Of a stretch of DNA of 53,266 nt, positions 36,830 through 46,477 are shown piece by piece. The notes beneath the pieces are model-generated. The model was not told the origin of the DNA. It saw only the letters and a program-made list of their open reading frames with translations, and did not search any database. Each line of letters begins with the position of its first letter. Positions within the stretch are counted from its first letter, which is position 1. Made by a program: the position numbers and the translations under genes. Source of the stretch: a virus (taxonomy: Duplodnaviria > Caudoviricetes); the IMG/VR virus record IMGVR_UViG_3300049928_000019, positions 1 to 53,266 of that record. One strand, written 5' to 3'.

Positions 36830-37444
36830 CTATATATCAAACGTTACATTTATCCAGAAATCTGTCGGCGCACCTGAAACATCAGACATGATCTGCACTT
36901 CTCCTGTTAATAATATCTGTGAATACCCATGTGGTCGCGTGGCCGAACCAGTTATAAGGCAGAGATTGTCGGTTCCTGGAATGTCCTGCAATGGACGGTA
37001 TCCGGAAGGCAGTGTAAATACTGTACTCCATGTGCCGGCAGTAAGCGTACCGCCTGATACTTTACCTGTAACAGTACAAGTATGATTATCCTTTCTAATA
37101 AAATAAACTGTTCCGTGGATCGCAAACCAACTATTTTGAAAGTTTGGGTTTGACCCCGTTCCAACATTCTGTTTAATGTTCGTGCTTCTTACATCTGCAA
37201 TGGTGTTAATAAAGTCTGACAGCGCATCTACATACTGATGTCCAGAATAATCATTGTCAGGATATCCTGAAGGGATAATGGGCGCCAAACGCATCAACTT
37301 GGCGAAGAACTCCTGTATATCGCCATTTGTAGTTTGATCTACAGGAGTGCCTGGAGATCCATCCTGATGGTCTTTAATCCTACCATCTGGATAATCGGTG
37401 CTTGCAGGGATAATGTTTGCGAAATTCTTAAGACCTATTGCCAT
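36830..37444 (-). CDS. Short tail fibre / receptor-binding protein
   Basis: N-terminal PGTPVD...DIQEFF baseplate-attachment motif; C-terminal VFTLPSGYRP head domain; ATG at 37444. Confidence 0.7.
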   Translation of the reverse strand: MAIGLKNFANIIPASTDYPDGRIKDHQDGSPGTPVDQTTNGDIQEFFAKLMRLAPIIPSGYPDNDYSGHQYVDALSDFINTIADVRSTNIKQNVGTGSNPNFQNSWFAIHGTVYFIRKDNHTCTVTGKVSGGTLTAGTWSTVFTLPSGYRPLQDIPGTDNLCLITGSATRPHGYSQILLTGEVQIMSDVSGAPTDFWINVTFDI

Positions 37445-37448
37445 AATA

Positions 37449-38504
37449 TTATATGTAATTAATGAATAGAAACCCGACATTCTGAACGGGCTTTAATTTT
37501 AATATCAATTGACGGAATTCGTCATGCCTGGATAATGGAACATTCGCATAGCTGCCTATGGTAGAGCCGCCAATAAAGAACGTGGCCGATAAATCTGATC
37601 CAATATCAAAATACAGGTCATCCGACTCATTAATGCTATTTGCTATTTTATTGGTAAACACATATCCATAGTCAGCCTGTCCATATTCAACCTGACCATA
37701 CTGAACAGCTTCCAGTAGCGAGGTATCACCAGATACCTCCACAGGCGTTTTGGTGGCTGTTAATATCTCAACAACACTGAACGATGAAACAATACTATTA
37801 AAACCGAAATTATCATGAACAGCCACGCGTGGCAATCCTCCTAAATACGTAAAGTCAATCGTATACGTTCCAACAATAGCAGGTACGGCTAATATTTGTA
37901 TGCCACCAGCCTTTATTTCAACGGGATGGTTAACCTGATTGAAATGTATGGTAACACGATATTTTTTACCAAACACAAGTATTGGCGCAGTTCTCAATTC
38001 TCCGCCGGCAAGATTACCGGGGAATATAGAAGATCCATAGGACGCCCCGTTATTATCCCCGTCATACCAAACGCCACCGCTGGAGATTAGCGGGCCATTC
38101 GTTAATTCCGGACTAAGCTGTATGTATATGTTTTCATAAACATATACATCAAATCCTGCCGCCCTTAATTCACTTTGAATAAATAAATAATGAGACCTGG
38201 CTGGTTGTTGTCCCGGAAAGCTCATTGCTTGTAATAATGCCTGTTTTCTCTGATCCAGCGTAAGGCCTGAATTGCTGCCAAGACCATATATGCGCTCCCA
38301 TACGTCTGCATCATCTGAACTGAATCCTGAATTATCAGGAAGTAAATCATTATACAAGCTTAATCCATCATTATAAAACTGAATTTTTTCTGTATTAAGC
38401 GCCCGGCACAAGCCTTCAAAAGATCCGTCTTCCGGGATCCAGAAAGCCCGTCCATGCGGGTAAAGCTGTTTTGATAACAAAAGGAAATCATCTTCAGTTG
38501 CCAT
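37449..38504 (-). CDS. Baseplate wedge protein (Mu gp48/DUF2313-like) with an inserted beta domain
   Basis: LYPHGRAF, WERIYGL, RKQAL, LKLKP; follows baseplate J. Confidence 0.75.
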   Translation of the reverse strand: MATEDDFLLLSKQLYPHGRAFWIPEDGSFEGLCRALNTEKIQFYNDGLSLYNDLLPDNSGFSSDDADVWERIYGLGSNSGLTLDQRKQALLQAMSFPGQQPARSHYLFIQSELRAAGFDVYVYENIYIQLSPELTNGPLISSGGVWYDGDNNGASYGSSIFPGNLAGGELRTAPILVFGKKYRVTIHFNQVNHPVEIKAGGIQILAVPAIVGTYTIDFTYLGGLPRVAVHDNFGFNSIVSSFSVVEILTATKTPVEVSGDTSLLEAVQYGQVEYGQADYGYVFTNKIANSINESDDLYFDIGSDLSATFFIGGSTIGSYANVPLSRHDEFRQLILKLKPVQNVGFLFINYI

Positions 38505-38505
38505 C

Positions 38506-39681
38506 TTAAACGTAAGTTACGGAGTTTAACCAAGGAATATTTCCTGATACAAATTGATACGAAGGCATCGAAATACCGCCTATTTTCAAAGCAACGGCTC
38601 CGAATGAATATCCAGGTGCAACACTTGAAATTACTGAAATGATCCCGTTCACATTTAATACATCGTTCCTGTCTGTAATAACGTCTGCCCCTGCAACAAA
38701 CGGCCTTACCAGAGACAGATAAGATGTTATCGCCGACAATATCAATGTCTGTAATCCTGTAGTAATTCCGGAAAAACCGGAAATATTTATATCTACCTGT
38801 ATTGGCGTAACAGGCAAATAATTTACAACTACCGTTATAGGCCTTCGTCCGCGCTGATTTACAGGAAGCGTAGCGTCCGGATTAAACTCAACCACAGACT
38901 GCACCGCCAGAAGCATTGCAGAAGATGGCGTTCCCTTGCCGTCTGTCGAATCCGAAATAATAGACTCAACATATAAATCAACTTGGTTTGTGTGTCCGCT
39001 AGAGGCGTATGGATACACTTCAGCAACGCCTTGTGCATCATCTGCCCACAACCGGTAATCTGTAGCACTGCCGCCTTGTGGAGATAGCCTGTACGACTGT
39101 AGTATTGCCTTTCGGTAATCTTCAAGCGTTTCAGCATCCAAAGGCAAAACAGCGGCCCCGGTAACAACAACAAAGCTGTTTACAAGTGCAATCGGAGATG
39201 TGGCCGTAAGAGTATTGCCAACGTTTAAAGCCGCCTGTGTACCGGCATCCAGTGCCCGGAGTGTGATAATGTCAAAACCGGTTACCAGTGTAAATGGATT
39301 GTCCAGAATATAAAGGTGCCCTGGATTTTCACTTGAATCGTCAGATTTAAACGTAACCTGTCCGTTTATAACAGCACCAATTGTACCTGTTAACTGTACG
39401 GTATAACTCCCTGCGATGGCTTGATATGGATTCCTGCCAAGCCGGACACGACCGTAGCGCTCCAGCATGCCACCCACCGATTCAGACTGCGCTAAATCAG
39501 GCGCCATATTCTGCTGCAAAAAACCCAAAACCAGATACAACAGTTTCATTTCTGCCGATTCGGTAGCGGCTAATGCCAATAGAAAATTCTTACTATTTGT
39601 CGACAACGATATTCCAAACTGACTTTCAATATTTGAAATGAAAGCATCGTTAATCTGTACAAGTGTAGGTATATTCTGCAT
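38506..39681 (-). CDS. Baseplate J-like protein (Mu gp47)
   Basis: DAETLEDYR...PQGGSATDYRLWA...GVAEVYP. Confidence 0.9.
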   Translation of the reverse strand: MQNIPTLVQINDAFISNIESQFGISLSTNSKNFLLALAATESAEMKLLYLVLGFLQQNMAPDLAQSESVGGMLERYGRVRLGRNPYQAIAGSYTVQLTGTIGAVINGQVTFKSDDSSENPGHLYILDNPFTLVTGFDIITLRALDAGTQAALNVGNTLTATSPIALVNSFVVVTGAAVLPLDAETLEDYRKAILQSYRLSPQGGSATDYRLWADDAQGVAEVYPYASSGHTNQVDLYVESIISDSTDGKGTPSSAMLLAVQSVVEFNPDATLPVNQRGRRPITVVVNYLPVTPIQVDINISGFSGITTGLQTLILSAITSYLSLVRPFVAGADVITDRNDVLNVNGIISVISSVAPGYSFGAVALKIGGISMPSYQFVSGNIPWLNSVTYV

Positions 39682-39683
39682 GA

Positions 39684-40172
39684 TTAATAGAAATCGTCAT
39701 TAAAGTCAAACTGATAGAAATCCCCGTCTGCCGATTGTTTTTTGTAATTAATAATTATTACCCTTGTGCCGGTTGCCAACGTAATATTAATTTGAATCTG
39801 TAGCCAGTTATCTGAAATTATTGAAACACCAATCGCAACATTGTCCCCCAGTGAATCCTTAATATACTGAAGATCCTGCGTAAGTGCGTTTATTATTTTC
39901 GTTCTTCCGGAACTTGTAAGCGGCGTAGATCGCAGCGCTCTTTCTAATTTAGAATTAAACTGAGCATTTGGATTGTTGGCAATAAGCAATGCGTTTCCCC
40001 AATAATCCATAGACATATCAACAACCATATTGCTGATTGTATCAGCTTCAATGTTGCCGCCAAAAGAGGCCAGGTATGGCTGGTTTTCCATGCCGTAGAT
40101 AATGGCAAGATCATTTCCATCTATCTGAATTTCGCCTCCGCTTCCCGACTCAACTATTGCGACATCAAACAT
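39684..40172 (-). CDS. Baseplate wedge initiator (Mu gp46/T4 gp25-like)
   Basis: SFGGN, YWGN, NSKLERAL; upstream of baseplate J; C-terminal GDFYQFDFNDDFY. Confidence 0.65.
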   Translation of the reverse strand: MFDVAIVESGSGGEIQIDGNDLAIIYGMENQPYLASFGGNIEADTISNMVVDMSMDYWGNALLIANNPNAQFNSKLERALRSTPLTSSGRTKIINALTQDLQYIKDSLGDNVAIGVSIISDNWLQIQINITLATGTRVIIINYKKQSADGDFYQFDFNDDFY

Positions 40173-40174
40173 AA

Positions 40175-41884
40175 TCAGTATCCGAATCTCATTGTGGATG
40201 GCATTTTTATATTTATCAGATTATTATCAGATTCAGTATTTATTTTATTTGCTGTCTGATTTTTAATCGTAAGGGTTGTATTCTGTGTCTGCGTAATATT
40301 TTGCATTACCTGAGCGCGGACCTGTTGATCCTCTTCCGCTGCACTGGACGCCACTCCGGCAGATGCTGCCGGGTCAATTATTCCAAGGTCAGCCCTGAAT
40401 GATTCTATACCATTTGCCATACTGGCGGCCCAATCAGCCCCTGTAATTTTTGCAATAATAGATGCAATATCGCTGAGTGGAGACAGGATAAAATCTGCAA
40501 TGCCCCGCCCGATACCCTTTATTGCCCCGATAAAGCCTTCTTTTGAGAACCCATCCTTAATCTGTTTAATCATGTGAATTAACAAGCCGAGTCCAGGCAT
40601 CATAGTGGACAATGCGTTTGTAAACGATTCCCCCCAGCTGTCCCAATATTTTATTGATAAATAAACAATGGCGATAAGAGCGGCAATTGCAACGATGATT
40701 ATTCCGATTGGGTTTGCAAGCATAGCGGCATTCAGTGCCCATTGCGCTGCGGTCCACAACCATATAGCGCCTTCAACCACCAGTACGGCCCCGTTGAATA
40801 GCCATGTGGCAACGGTAAGCAGTTGAGTTGCCACCGTTATGGCACCCATGATCATAGAGGCGACCTTTAATCCCACAAGAACAGCAATATATACCTTAGT
40901 CCAGAATACAATTCTTTCCCAATTTCTATACACCCATTCAGCCGCCTTGTAAAGCTTGGTCGCCACATCAACAACGCCTTCCATGAAGGCCTTTACCTTG
41001 GTGGCAATAAGTTCTTTATTCTGAGAAACCCATTCTCGTATTTTCCCTGTTATTTCAATAGCTTTCAATGCGAATGTCTTCATGTACGGAAGCATCTCTT
41101 TACCAATTGCAGCCGCCGTCATTGATACGTTATCCTCAAGTGTGGAGGTTATACCGGAAAATGTTTCTGATGCTGTAATCATTCCCTTATAAAATAGTCC
41201 GCCCTGGGCGCCCATTTTTTCAAAGGTCTTAGTAAGCATTTCAACAGGAACCTGTCCCTTTCGTATCATGGCAAACAGTTTGCCTGTACCTTTTGCGCCA
41301 GCGCCTAAATTCATTGTTTTAGCAAGCTCTGAAAATATGGGAACGCCAGCCTCTGCGATAATATTCAGAGATTCCAAAGTAATCTTACCCTTCAGTAGCG
41401 CCTTGGTATAACCCAGTGTAATACGATTTAATTTATCCACGCTACCTCCGGCGGTATCACCAAGCAGGCGAAAAGTAGACATAACCTTATTTAAATCGCC
41501 ATCCATCAAAGGAAGTAGAGAACTTGCCACATGGCTTAAATCTTCAAATCTGAACGGGGTTACGGCGGCTTCCTTATTAAGCATTTCCACGAGGGTTGCC
41601 GCCTTTTTTGCAGAACCCAAAACCGGAGTGAAAAAAGCCTCCGCATTTTCTATTTTTGAAGCTTCGTCAATGAATTTCTTTACAGCAAGACCAGCAAGAC
41701 CCATACCGACAACAACACCTCCGGCAACTACATTACCACCCAAACCAGCAAAAGTACTATCCAGTTTACGCTGAGTTTTTGAAGCCTTGGAAGTGAAAGC
41801 GTCCAGAGATTTGCCCATGCCGACAACCTTAGACGAAAACTTGTCTACAGCTGTAAAAATAGTCGGCAATGTGAATGGCTTCAT
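40175..41884 (-). CDS. Tape measure protein
   Basis: AAVTPFRFEDL/LGDTAGG tape-measure domain, AMLANPIG motif, amphipathic Trp repeats. Confidence 0.92.
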   Translation of the reverse strand: MKPFTLPTIFTAVDKFSSKVVGMGKSLDAFTSKASKTQRKLDSTFAGLGGNVVAGGVVVGMGLAGLAVKKFIDEASKIENAEAFFTPVLGSAKKAATLVEMLNKEAAVTPFRFEDLSHVASSLLPLMDGDLNKVMSTFRLLGDTAGGSVDKLNRITLGYTKALLKGKITLESLNIIAEAGVPIFSELAKTMNLGAGAKGTGKLFAMIRKGQVPVEMLTKTFEKMGAQGGLFYKGMITASETFSGITSTLEDNVSMTAAAIGKEMLPYMKTFALKAIEITGKIREWVSQNKELIATKVKAFMEGVVDVATKLYKAAEWVYRNWERIVFWTKVYIAVLVGLKVASMIMGAITVATQLLTVATWLFNGAVLVVEGAIWLWTAAQWALNAAMLANPIGIIIVAIAALIAIVYLSIKYWDSWGESFTNALSTMMPGLGLLIHMIKQIKDGFSKEGFIGAIKGIGRGIADFILSPLSDIASIIAKITGADWAASMANGIESFRADLGIIDPAASAGVASSAAEEDQQVRAQVMQNITQTQNTTLTIKNQTANKINTESDNNLINIKMPSTMRFGY

Positions 41885-42092
41885 TCTCTTTTTTTATTTT
41901 TTTCTTTTGAGTGAATCCTTACGTCTTCAGCCCAATAAATTATTCCTTCTTCGTCTATCTTATCACAAAAAAGGCAGCTGATTTGATTCGGCTGCCAATG
42001 ATGTTCTCTAACTACGTCCTTAATCCAGATAGATAAATTCTCTTCATTCAGTTCATAGTCTTTGCCGCATATTTCTACTACACAAAAAAAAC
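41881..42092 (-). CDS. -1 frameshift extension of the tail assembly chaperone (gpT/GpE'-like)
   Basis: ATG-less open frame CVVEICGKD...HHWQPNQI...RE* entered at the T8 slippery site (42084-42091); its TGA overlaps the tape-measure ATG. Confidence 0.8.
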
Positions 42093-42506
42093 CGCAATAG
42101 AACGGGCAATCTTTATATCCTCCTGGTCAAGCTCTGTAATGATGCCTGAATTCTGACTCGTTAAGGCGCAGATATGCGCGTAAATCATTGCATTGCCGTC
42201 GCCAGCCTTTACGCCGGATAAATATGGCTTCAGTTGTTTTGGATTCAATCTGAATTTATAAATAAGTTCAGTGATATCTTCACTCAGTCCAATAGGCCAC
42301 TTAAGCGTATGAGTGAAAGTATTGTCATCATTAAGCTGAAGATTGCCTTCGGAAATATATTCAGCCAACGCTTTTACAAAATCGGCATGCTCTTCCCTTT
42401 GTGAGGCACTTATTTTTTTTGCATCCAGCCACTTATCAACTTCTATTGCAGCCTGCTCTTTTGAAACAGCTCCACTTATTGCTGGGATATTTTTTTCTTT
42501 TGACAT
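42078..42506 (-). CDS. Tail assembly chaperone (gpG-like)
   Basis: Between tube and tape measure genes; ends GTT TTT TTT GTG TAG. Confidence 0.8.
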   Translation of the reverse strand: MSKEKNIPAISGAVSKEQAAIEVDKWLDAKKISASQREEHADFVKALAEYISEGNLQLNDDNTFTHTLKWPIGLSEDITELIYKFRLNPKQLKPYLSGVKAGDGNAMIYAHICALTSQNSGIITELDQEDIKIARSIAVFFV

Positions 42507-42508
42507 AA

Positions 42509-42913
42509 TTAAACTATTTGTGTGAACGCTCCAGAAGCAACTTTTAAATCAAATACAGAAGTATTTGCATTTGCCTCGTTCAAACCAACCGGAACGCCAG
42601 ATCCCTGGTAAACGTGACCGTTTGCAACAGTAAACGTCCATGTTGCCGGAACGGAAGAGGCGCCCAGCGCTTTCATGGTTTCAAAGGTTTTAACAGTCAT
42701 ATCATTGACCGCAACAACTTTAAAGAATGCTCTTTTACGATTCAATTGCTGGATAATCTGACCTGATCCATCAATTGAATCGTCATCGTCAGCCGTTTCA
42801 AAACCACCAGTATTATACGTAGAGTCCTCGTTTGCCTTTGGAAATACAACCCCTTGCCCGATGGTCGGGTGGTTGTATGTAACCTCTACTATATCGCCGC
42901 CTACTGCACTCAT
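42509..42913 (-). CDS. Tail tube protein
   Basis: 134-aa beta-rich protein directly after the sheath gene. Confidence 0.78.
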   Translation of the reverse strand: MSAVGGDIVEVTYNHPTIGQGVVFPKANEDSTYNTGGFETADDDDSIDGSGQIIQQLNRKRAFFKVVAVNDMTVKTFETMKALGASSVPATWTFTVANGHVYQGSGVPVGLNEANANTSVFDLKVASGAFTQIV

Positions 42914-42933
42914 GCTTATATTTTTTTTAAATG

Positions 42934-44451
42934 TTAAACGTTTCCGTTATTGAATCCTGCCGTTGCAGTTGTACTTACAATCCTTGCAACACCGGAGCGT
43001 TGGTAAGAAAATGAAGTATCCAGCCTGTTGGAATTGGTGGAATTAATTGCAACCAAAATTGAATCCTTCATAAACTGAGCATTCACAATCAAACCTCTGC
43101 TTACAAGCTGATTGGCAATGCCGGATACATTCGCCTTCCACGTCTTAGGCTTAACAACCTTGGAGCTGGAAACAATATCTGCATCATTAGCCAGTACGGC
43201 ACCAGATAGGTACTGTTGAACAAGAAGGTAATACGTATAGTACACATTCATATCAACACCCATCAAATCGCGCGGATATCTGAATTGCGGAGGGTTTTCG
43301 CCAATAGGGTGGTATGTTGTTACAAAATCCTGAACCACATATTGACCGTTGATAAGGTCAACCGTGGAGCATCCCTTCTTAACAATGGTGTTTCTGTTTG
43401 TAGAATCCGACATTGTGGAAATACTTGTCGGTGTCGGCATATCCGGATACGCATACCCCTCAACATCAAGTTCCGGAGTATTCTGAAGGATATTTGCAAA
43501 CAATAAGCTCATGTTTGCCGCAGCTTCCATTGGAAGACCTGCAGATAAAGGCGCAGGCGCAACAGCGTTGGTAACCTGTGTAAGTCTTGTGTCTGTCAGT
43601 GAAGACGGATCGGCAAGTACTGATCCTGCAATTGCAATAAATGGCTTAACGATTAACGCGTTAAACCTTCCGGTCGGTGTCGTGTTGGATGGTACGCCAT
43701 TGAAATTTTCCAGAGCCGTTAATACCGTTGCGTCCAACCCGTAAGAGTTAAGCACGATTGTATTCCAGATATTTCCGAAATTCGCCAGCTGCAATGTTAC
43801 ATCGGGCGTTCCGATTGCTGTAGCCCCAGGAGTGACAACATATGTCAGACCCAATGCGTCGCCGTTCGTATCAATGGATATGCTTAAATCGTTCGCTGTT
43901 GCACCGGACCACTTCGATGTACACGTTGTTCCGTACGGGGTTGTAACGGATGTTACAGGCGCTCCCAATACGTTATTTATTGCAGCGTAAATATACCCTG
44001 CAATCTGTGTCAATGAATCACCAGCCTGAATATTCAGTGCGTACGTTTGCCCGTCAAGACCTTCACGACCGGCAATCTTTAAATAATGAGTACCGTTATT
44101 ATTGGCAACGCCGGTGGTGGCAATCTGAAATGTCTTTGTCGTTGCGCCGGATGCCTTGGCTTGTGGATAAAACCACACAGGCACCTGTATGCCGCCGCCG
44201 GATTTTGGGAATAAAATACGTGCAATGATATGCGCCGGAGATCCATAGCCGTAAGCCTGACCAACAAGCTGCGCGTTTGAAAACTGCTGAGGCGTTAAGT
44301 TTAACGTCGCCTGATTGGCGTCGTTCGCTTCTGCAAACACGGCAACACGTTGAGGCAAATTAGGGGAAACGACGTTAAAATTGGCCGTATTTAATAAATA
44401 TCCTACAATTTTTGATACCCAATCGGATGGAACAGCGTTTGAAATAGCCAT
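42934..44451 (-). CDS. Contractile tail sheath protein (Mu gpL-like)
   Basis: LPQRVAV, YGYGSPAH, SKWSG, RNTIVKKGCSTV, DFVTTY, NSNRLD. Confidence 0.88.
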   Translation of the reverse strand: MAISNAVPSDWVSKIVGYLLNTANFNVVSPNLPQRVAVFAEANDANQATLNLTPQQFSNAQLVGQAYGYGSPAHIIARILFPKSGGGIQVPVWFYPQAKASGATTKTFQIATTGVANNNGTHYLKIAGREGLDGQTYALNIQAGDSLTQIAGYIYAAINNVLGAPVTSVTTPYGTTCTSKWSGATANDLSISIDTNGDALGLTYVVTPGATAIGTPDVTLQLANFGNIWNTIVLNSYGLDATVLTALENFNGVPSNTTPTGRFNALIVKPFIAIAGSVLADPSSLTDTRLTQVTNAVAPAPLSAGLPMEAAANMSLLFANILQNTPELDVEGYAYPDMPTPTSISTMSDSTNRNTIVKKGCSTVDLINGQYVVQDFVTTYHPIGENPPQFRYPRDLMGVDMNVYYTYYLLVQQYLSGAVLANDADIVSSSKVVKPKTWKANVSGIANQLVSRGLIVNAQFMKDSILVAINSTNSNRLDTSFSYQRSGVARIVSTTATAGFNNGNV

Positions 44452-44481
44452 ATTATTGCGTGCTTTCAGTAAATAATTTTC

Positions 44482-44542
44482 GCTACCAAATAGGTATTAT
44501 TATATTTTAATTACTAAATTTGTATGGTAATAACATATAATT
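44482..44542. promoter_or_regulatory. Conserved late regulatory element, copy 2, containing the plus-strand -7 box TAAATTTG (44515-44522) for the glycosylation cassette
   Basis: Gap-free match to 30913-30973; lies between the divergent sheath and cassette genes. Confidence 0.7.
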
Positions 44543-45232
44543 ATGAGTGAGAAAAACTTTTTAAAGATTTATCAGATATATTTTAATGACACTCAGATTC
44601 CAGTGCTTGAATTTGAAGGGATATCTAACCAGGACTGTACAGAATTTTTTGAAGCATCGGTAATAAGGGATGCCATCGAATCTGGAAAGCATCTTGAAAA
44701 TCGTTATTTTGGAATCCTTCCACCAAAGTTTATTGAAAAACGGGATTGGATAAACAACCAGTTCTGGAGCGGAGAAATAGATTCAAAATACATCATTGAC
44801 ACGTCTTCGCAACATCAGACAAAAAAAAATATCATTAAATCTGACGTGGTTTCTTTTACACATCAGATTATAGCAGACCCGATCACCGATATGGAATATA
44901 TGCACAAGAATATAGCGCTCCACTTCTCTGAGATAATGAATAAAATCGGATACGATTGGAAGCCGGCTGTTTTCCGTCACGTCATCTATTCAAACCTGTT
45001 TATTGCAAAATCTGAAATATACGAACGCTTTGTAAAAGAAATGTTAGCGCCAGCAATGGATTTAATGAAAGGGATGCCAGAACTATGGCAGGATTCCGGA
45101 TACCCTAAACCACTTCCAAAGGAACTACAGCAAAAATTCGGATGTCAGCACTATCCGTATCATTCATTCATCTGCGAACGCATGATATCGTATTATATAC
45201 ATATACACAATTTGAACTGTAAACACTTTTAG
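44543..45232 (+). CDS. Putative glycosyltransferase-like protein (DUF4422-like)
   Basis: KIYQIYF, YSNLFIAK...YERF, SFICERMISY motifs; first gene of the cassette. Confidence 0.55.
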   Translation: MSEKNFLKIYQIYFNDTQIPVLEFEGISNQDCTEFFEASVIRDAIESGKHLENRYFGILPPKFIEKRDWINNQFWSGEIDSKYIIDTSSQHQTKKNIIKSDVVSFTHQIIADPITDMEYMHKNIALHFSEIMNKIGYDWKPAVFRHVIYSNLFIAKSEIYERFVKEMLAPAMDLMKGMPELWQDSGYPKPLPKELQQKFGCQHYPYHSFICERMISYYIHIHNLNCKHF

Positions 45233-45233
45233 T

Positions 45234-45914
45234 ATGGTCGATTATAACATCCTTGTAAAATTTCCAACACGGTCACGCCCGGAGTTATTCTTAAAAACGC
45301 TTGAAGGGTATATTAATACTGCAAACGACAATTCAAAAATTGAATATTTGATTTCCGTTGATGAAGACGATGAGTCAATGACCATCGATGTTTTAAACAG
45401 AGTAAAAAATCTGAACGTTCCAAATATTCACATTGAGTTTGGTACTTCGGAATCTAAGATCCATGCCTGTAACAGAGGTGTCGAAAAGGCTTCAGACTGG
45501 CAAATACTCCTATTGGTTTCCGACGATATGCATGTTCAACAGGTTGCATGGGACACAAAAATAAGAAACGACATGCAGCGCCTGTGCCCAGACACCGACG
45601 GATGTCTGTGGTATCATGACGGCAGTCATCAGAAACAGATCAGCACACTTTCATGCATGGGCCGAAAATATTACGACCGGTTCGGATACATTTACCATCC
45701 ATCGTATAAGTCTTTCTGGTGCGATAACGAATATACAGAGGTGGCACAGCGAATGGGAAAGATAACGTTTATCGACAATGTAATTGTCAAACACAACCAC
45801 CCGGCATGGTACGCCGATGTAAAAACGGATGATCTATACAGGCGAAACGATACACACTGGAATCACGATATTGAAAATTACAACAAACGCAAAGCCTTAA
45901 ATTTTCCGATATGA
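45234..45914 (+). CDS. GT-A fold glycosyltransferase (GT2-like)
   Basis: KFPTRSRP, SVDEDD, KIHACN, VSDDM, FWCDNE, HNHP. Confidence 0.8.
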   Translation: MVDYNILVKFPTRSRPELFLKTLEGYINTANDNSKIEYLISVDEDDESMTIDVLNRVKNLNVPNIHIEFGTSESKIHACNRGVEKASDWQILLLVSDDMHVQQVAWDTKIRNDMQRLCPDTDGCLWYHDGSHQKQISTLSCMGRKYYDRFGYIYHPSYKSFWCDNEYTEVAQRMGKITFIDNVIVKHNHPAWYADVKTDDLYRRNDTHWNHDIENYNKRKALNFPI

Positions 45915-46474
45915 TCCTGCTTAGTATTTTAATTCCCACCCTGCCAGAGAGGTGGACACTTTTAAGGCCGCTAATAAACAGCCTTACAACTCAGGCGGGG
46001 ACATTTGAGGTTGAATTGATTATTGACGATAAAGCACGCGGCGCAGTTACAACCGGACAAAAAAGAAATGATTTAATTGAACGCTCATTGGGTGAATACT
46101 TCGTGTTCATTGATGATGATGACGAAATTCCCCAATACTATCTAAGTGAAATATTCAAAGCTATTGAACACAACCCAGACGTTATAACTTTCAACGGACA
46201 CATGACTACGGATGGAATTGATCCGGTTGATTTTGAAATACGCCTGAACCATCCGTACATTAACGACCCGCGTGAAGGCAAAGATTATTACCTACGCTTC
46301 CCCAATCATCTATGTCCAATGAAGCGCGAGCTGGTTAAGGATTTTAAATTTCCTGACGTCACCATGGGTGAGGACTACGCATGGGCAAAACAGATACACG
46401 ATTCAGGCGTTTTAAAAACTGAATATGTTATAGAAAAAAATATGTATCATTATAAATTCATTTCAAAAAAATAA
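45911..46474 (+). CDS. GT2-family glycosyltransferase
   Basis: LSILIPT, GQKRN...GEYFVFIDDDD (DxD), GEDYAW. Confidence 0.88.
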   Translation: MILLSILIPTLPERWTLLRPLINSLTTQAGTFEVELIIDDKARGAVTTGQKRNDLIERSLGEYFVFIDDDDEIPQYYLSEIFKAIEHNPDVITFNGHMTTDGIDPVDFEIRLNHPYINDPREGKDYYLRFPNHLCPMKRELVKDFKFPDVTMGEDYAWAKQIHDSGVLKTEYVIEKNMYHYKFISKK

Positions 46475-46477
46475 ATT

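Noticed and set aside
24297-37444. Diversity-generating retroelement or invertible tail-fibre cassette
   Set aside because: No reverse transcriptase or invertase recognised, and no TR/VR pair with adenine-specific mismatches was seen by eye.
33230-44451. Mu-like transposable phage or tailocin/eCIS
   Set aside because: The tail genes are Mu-like, but there is no transposase, and a full capsid and cos-type packaging set is present.
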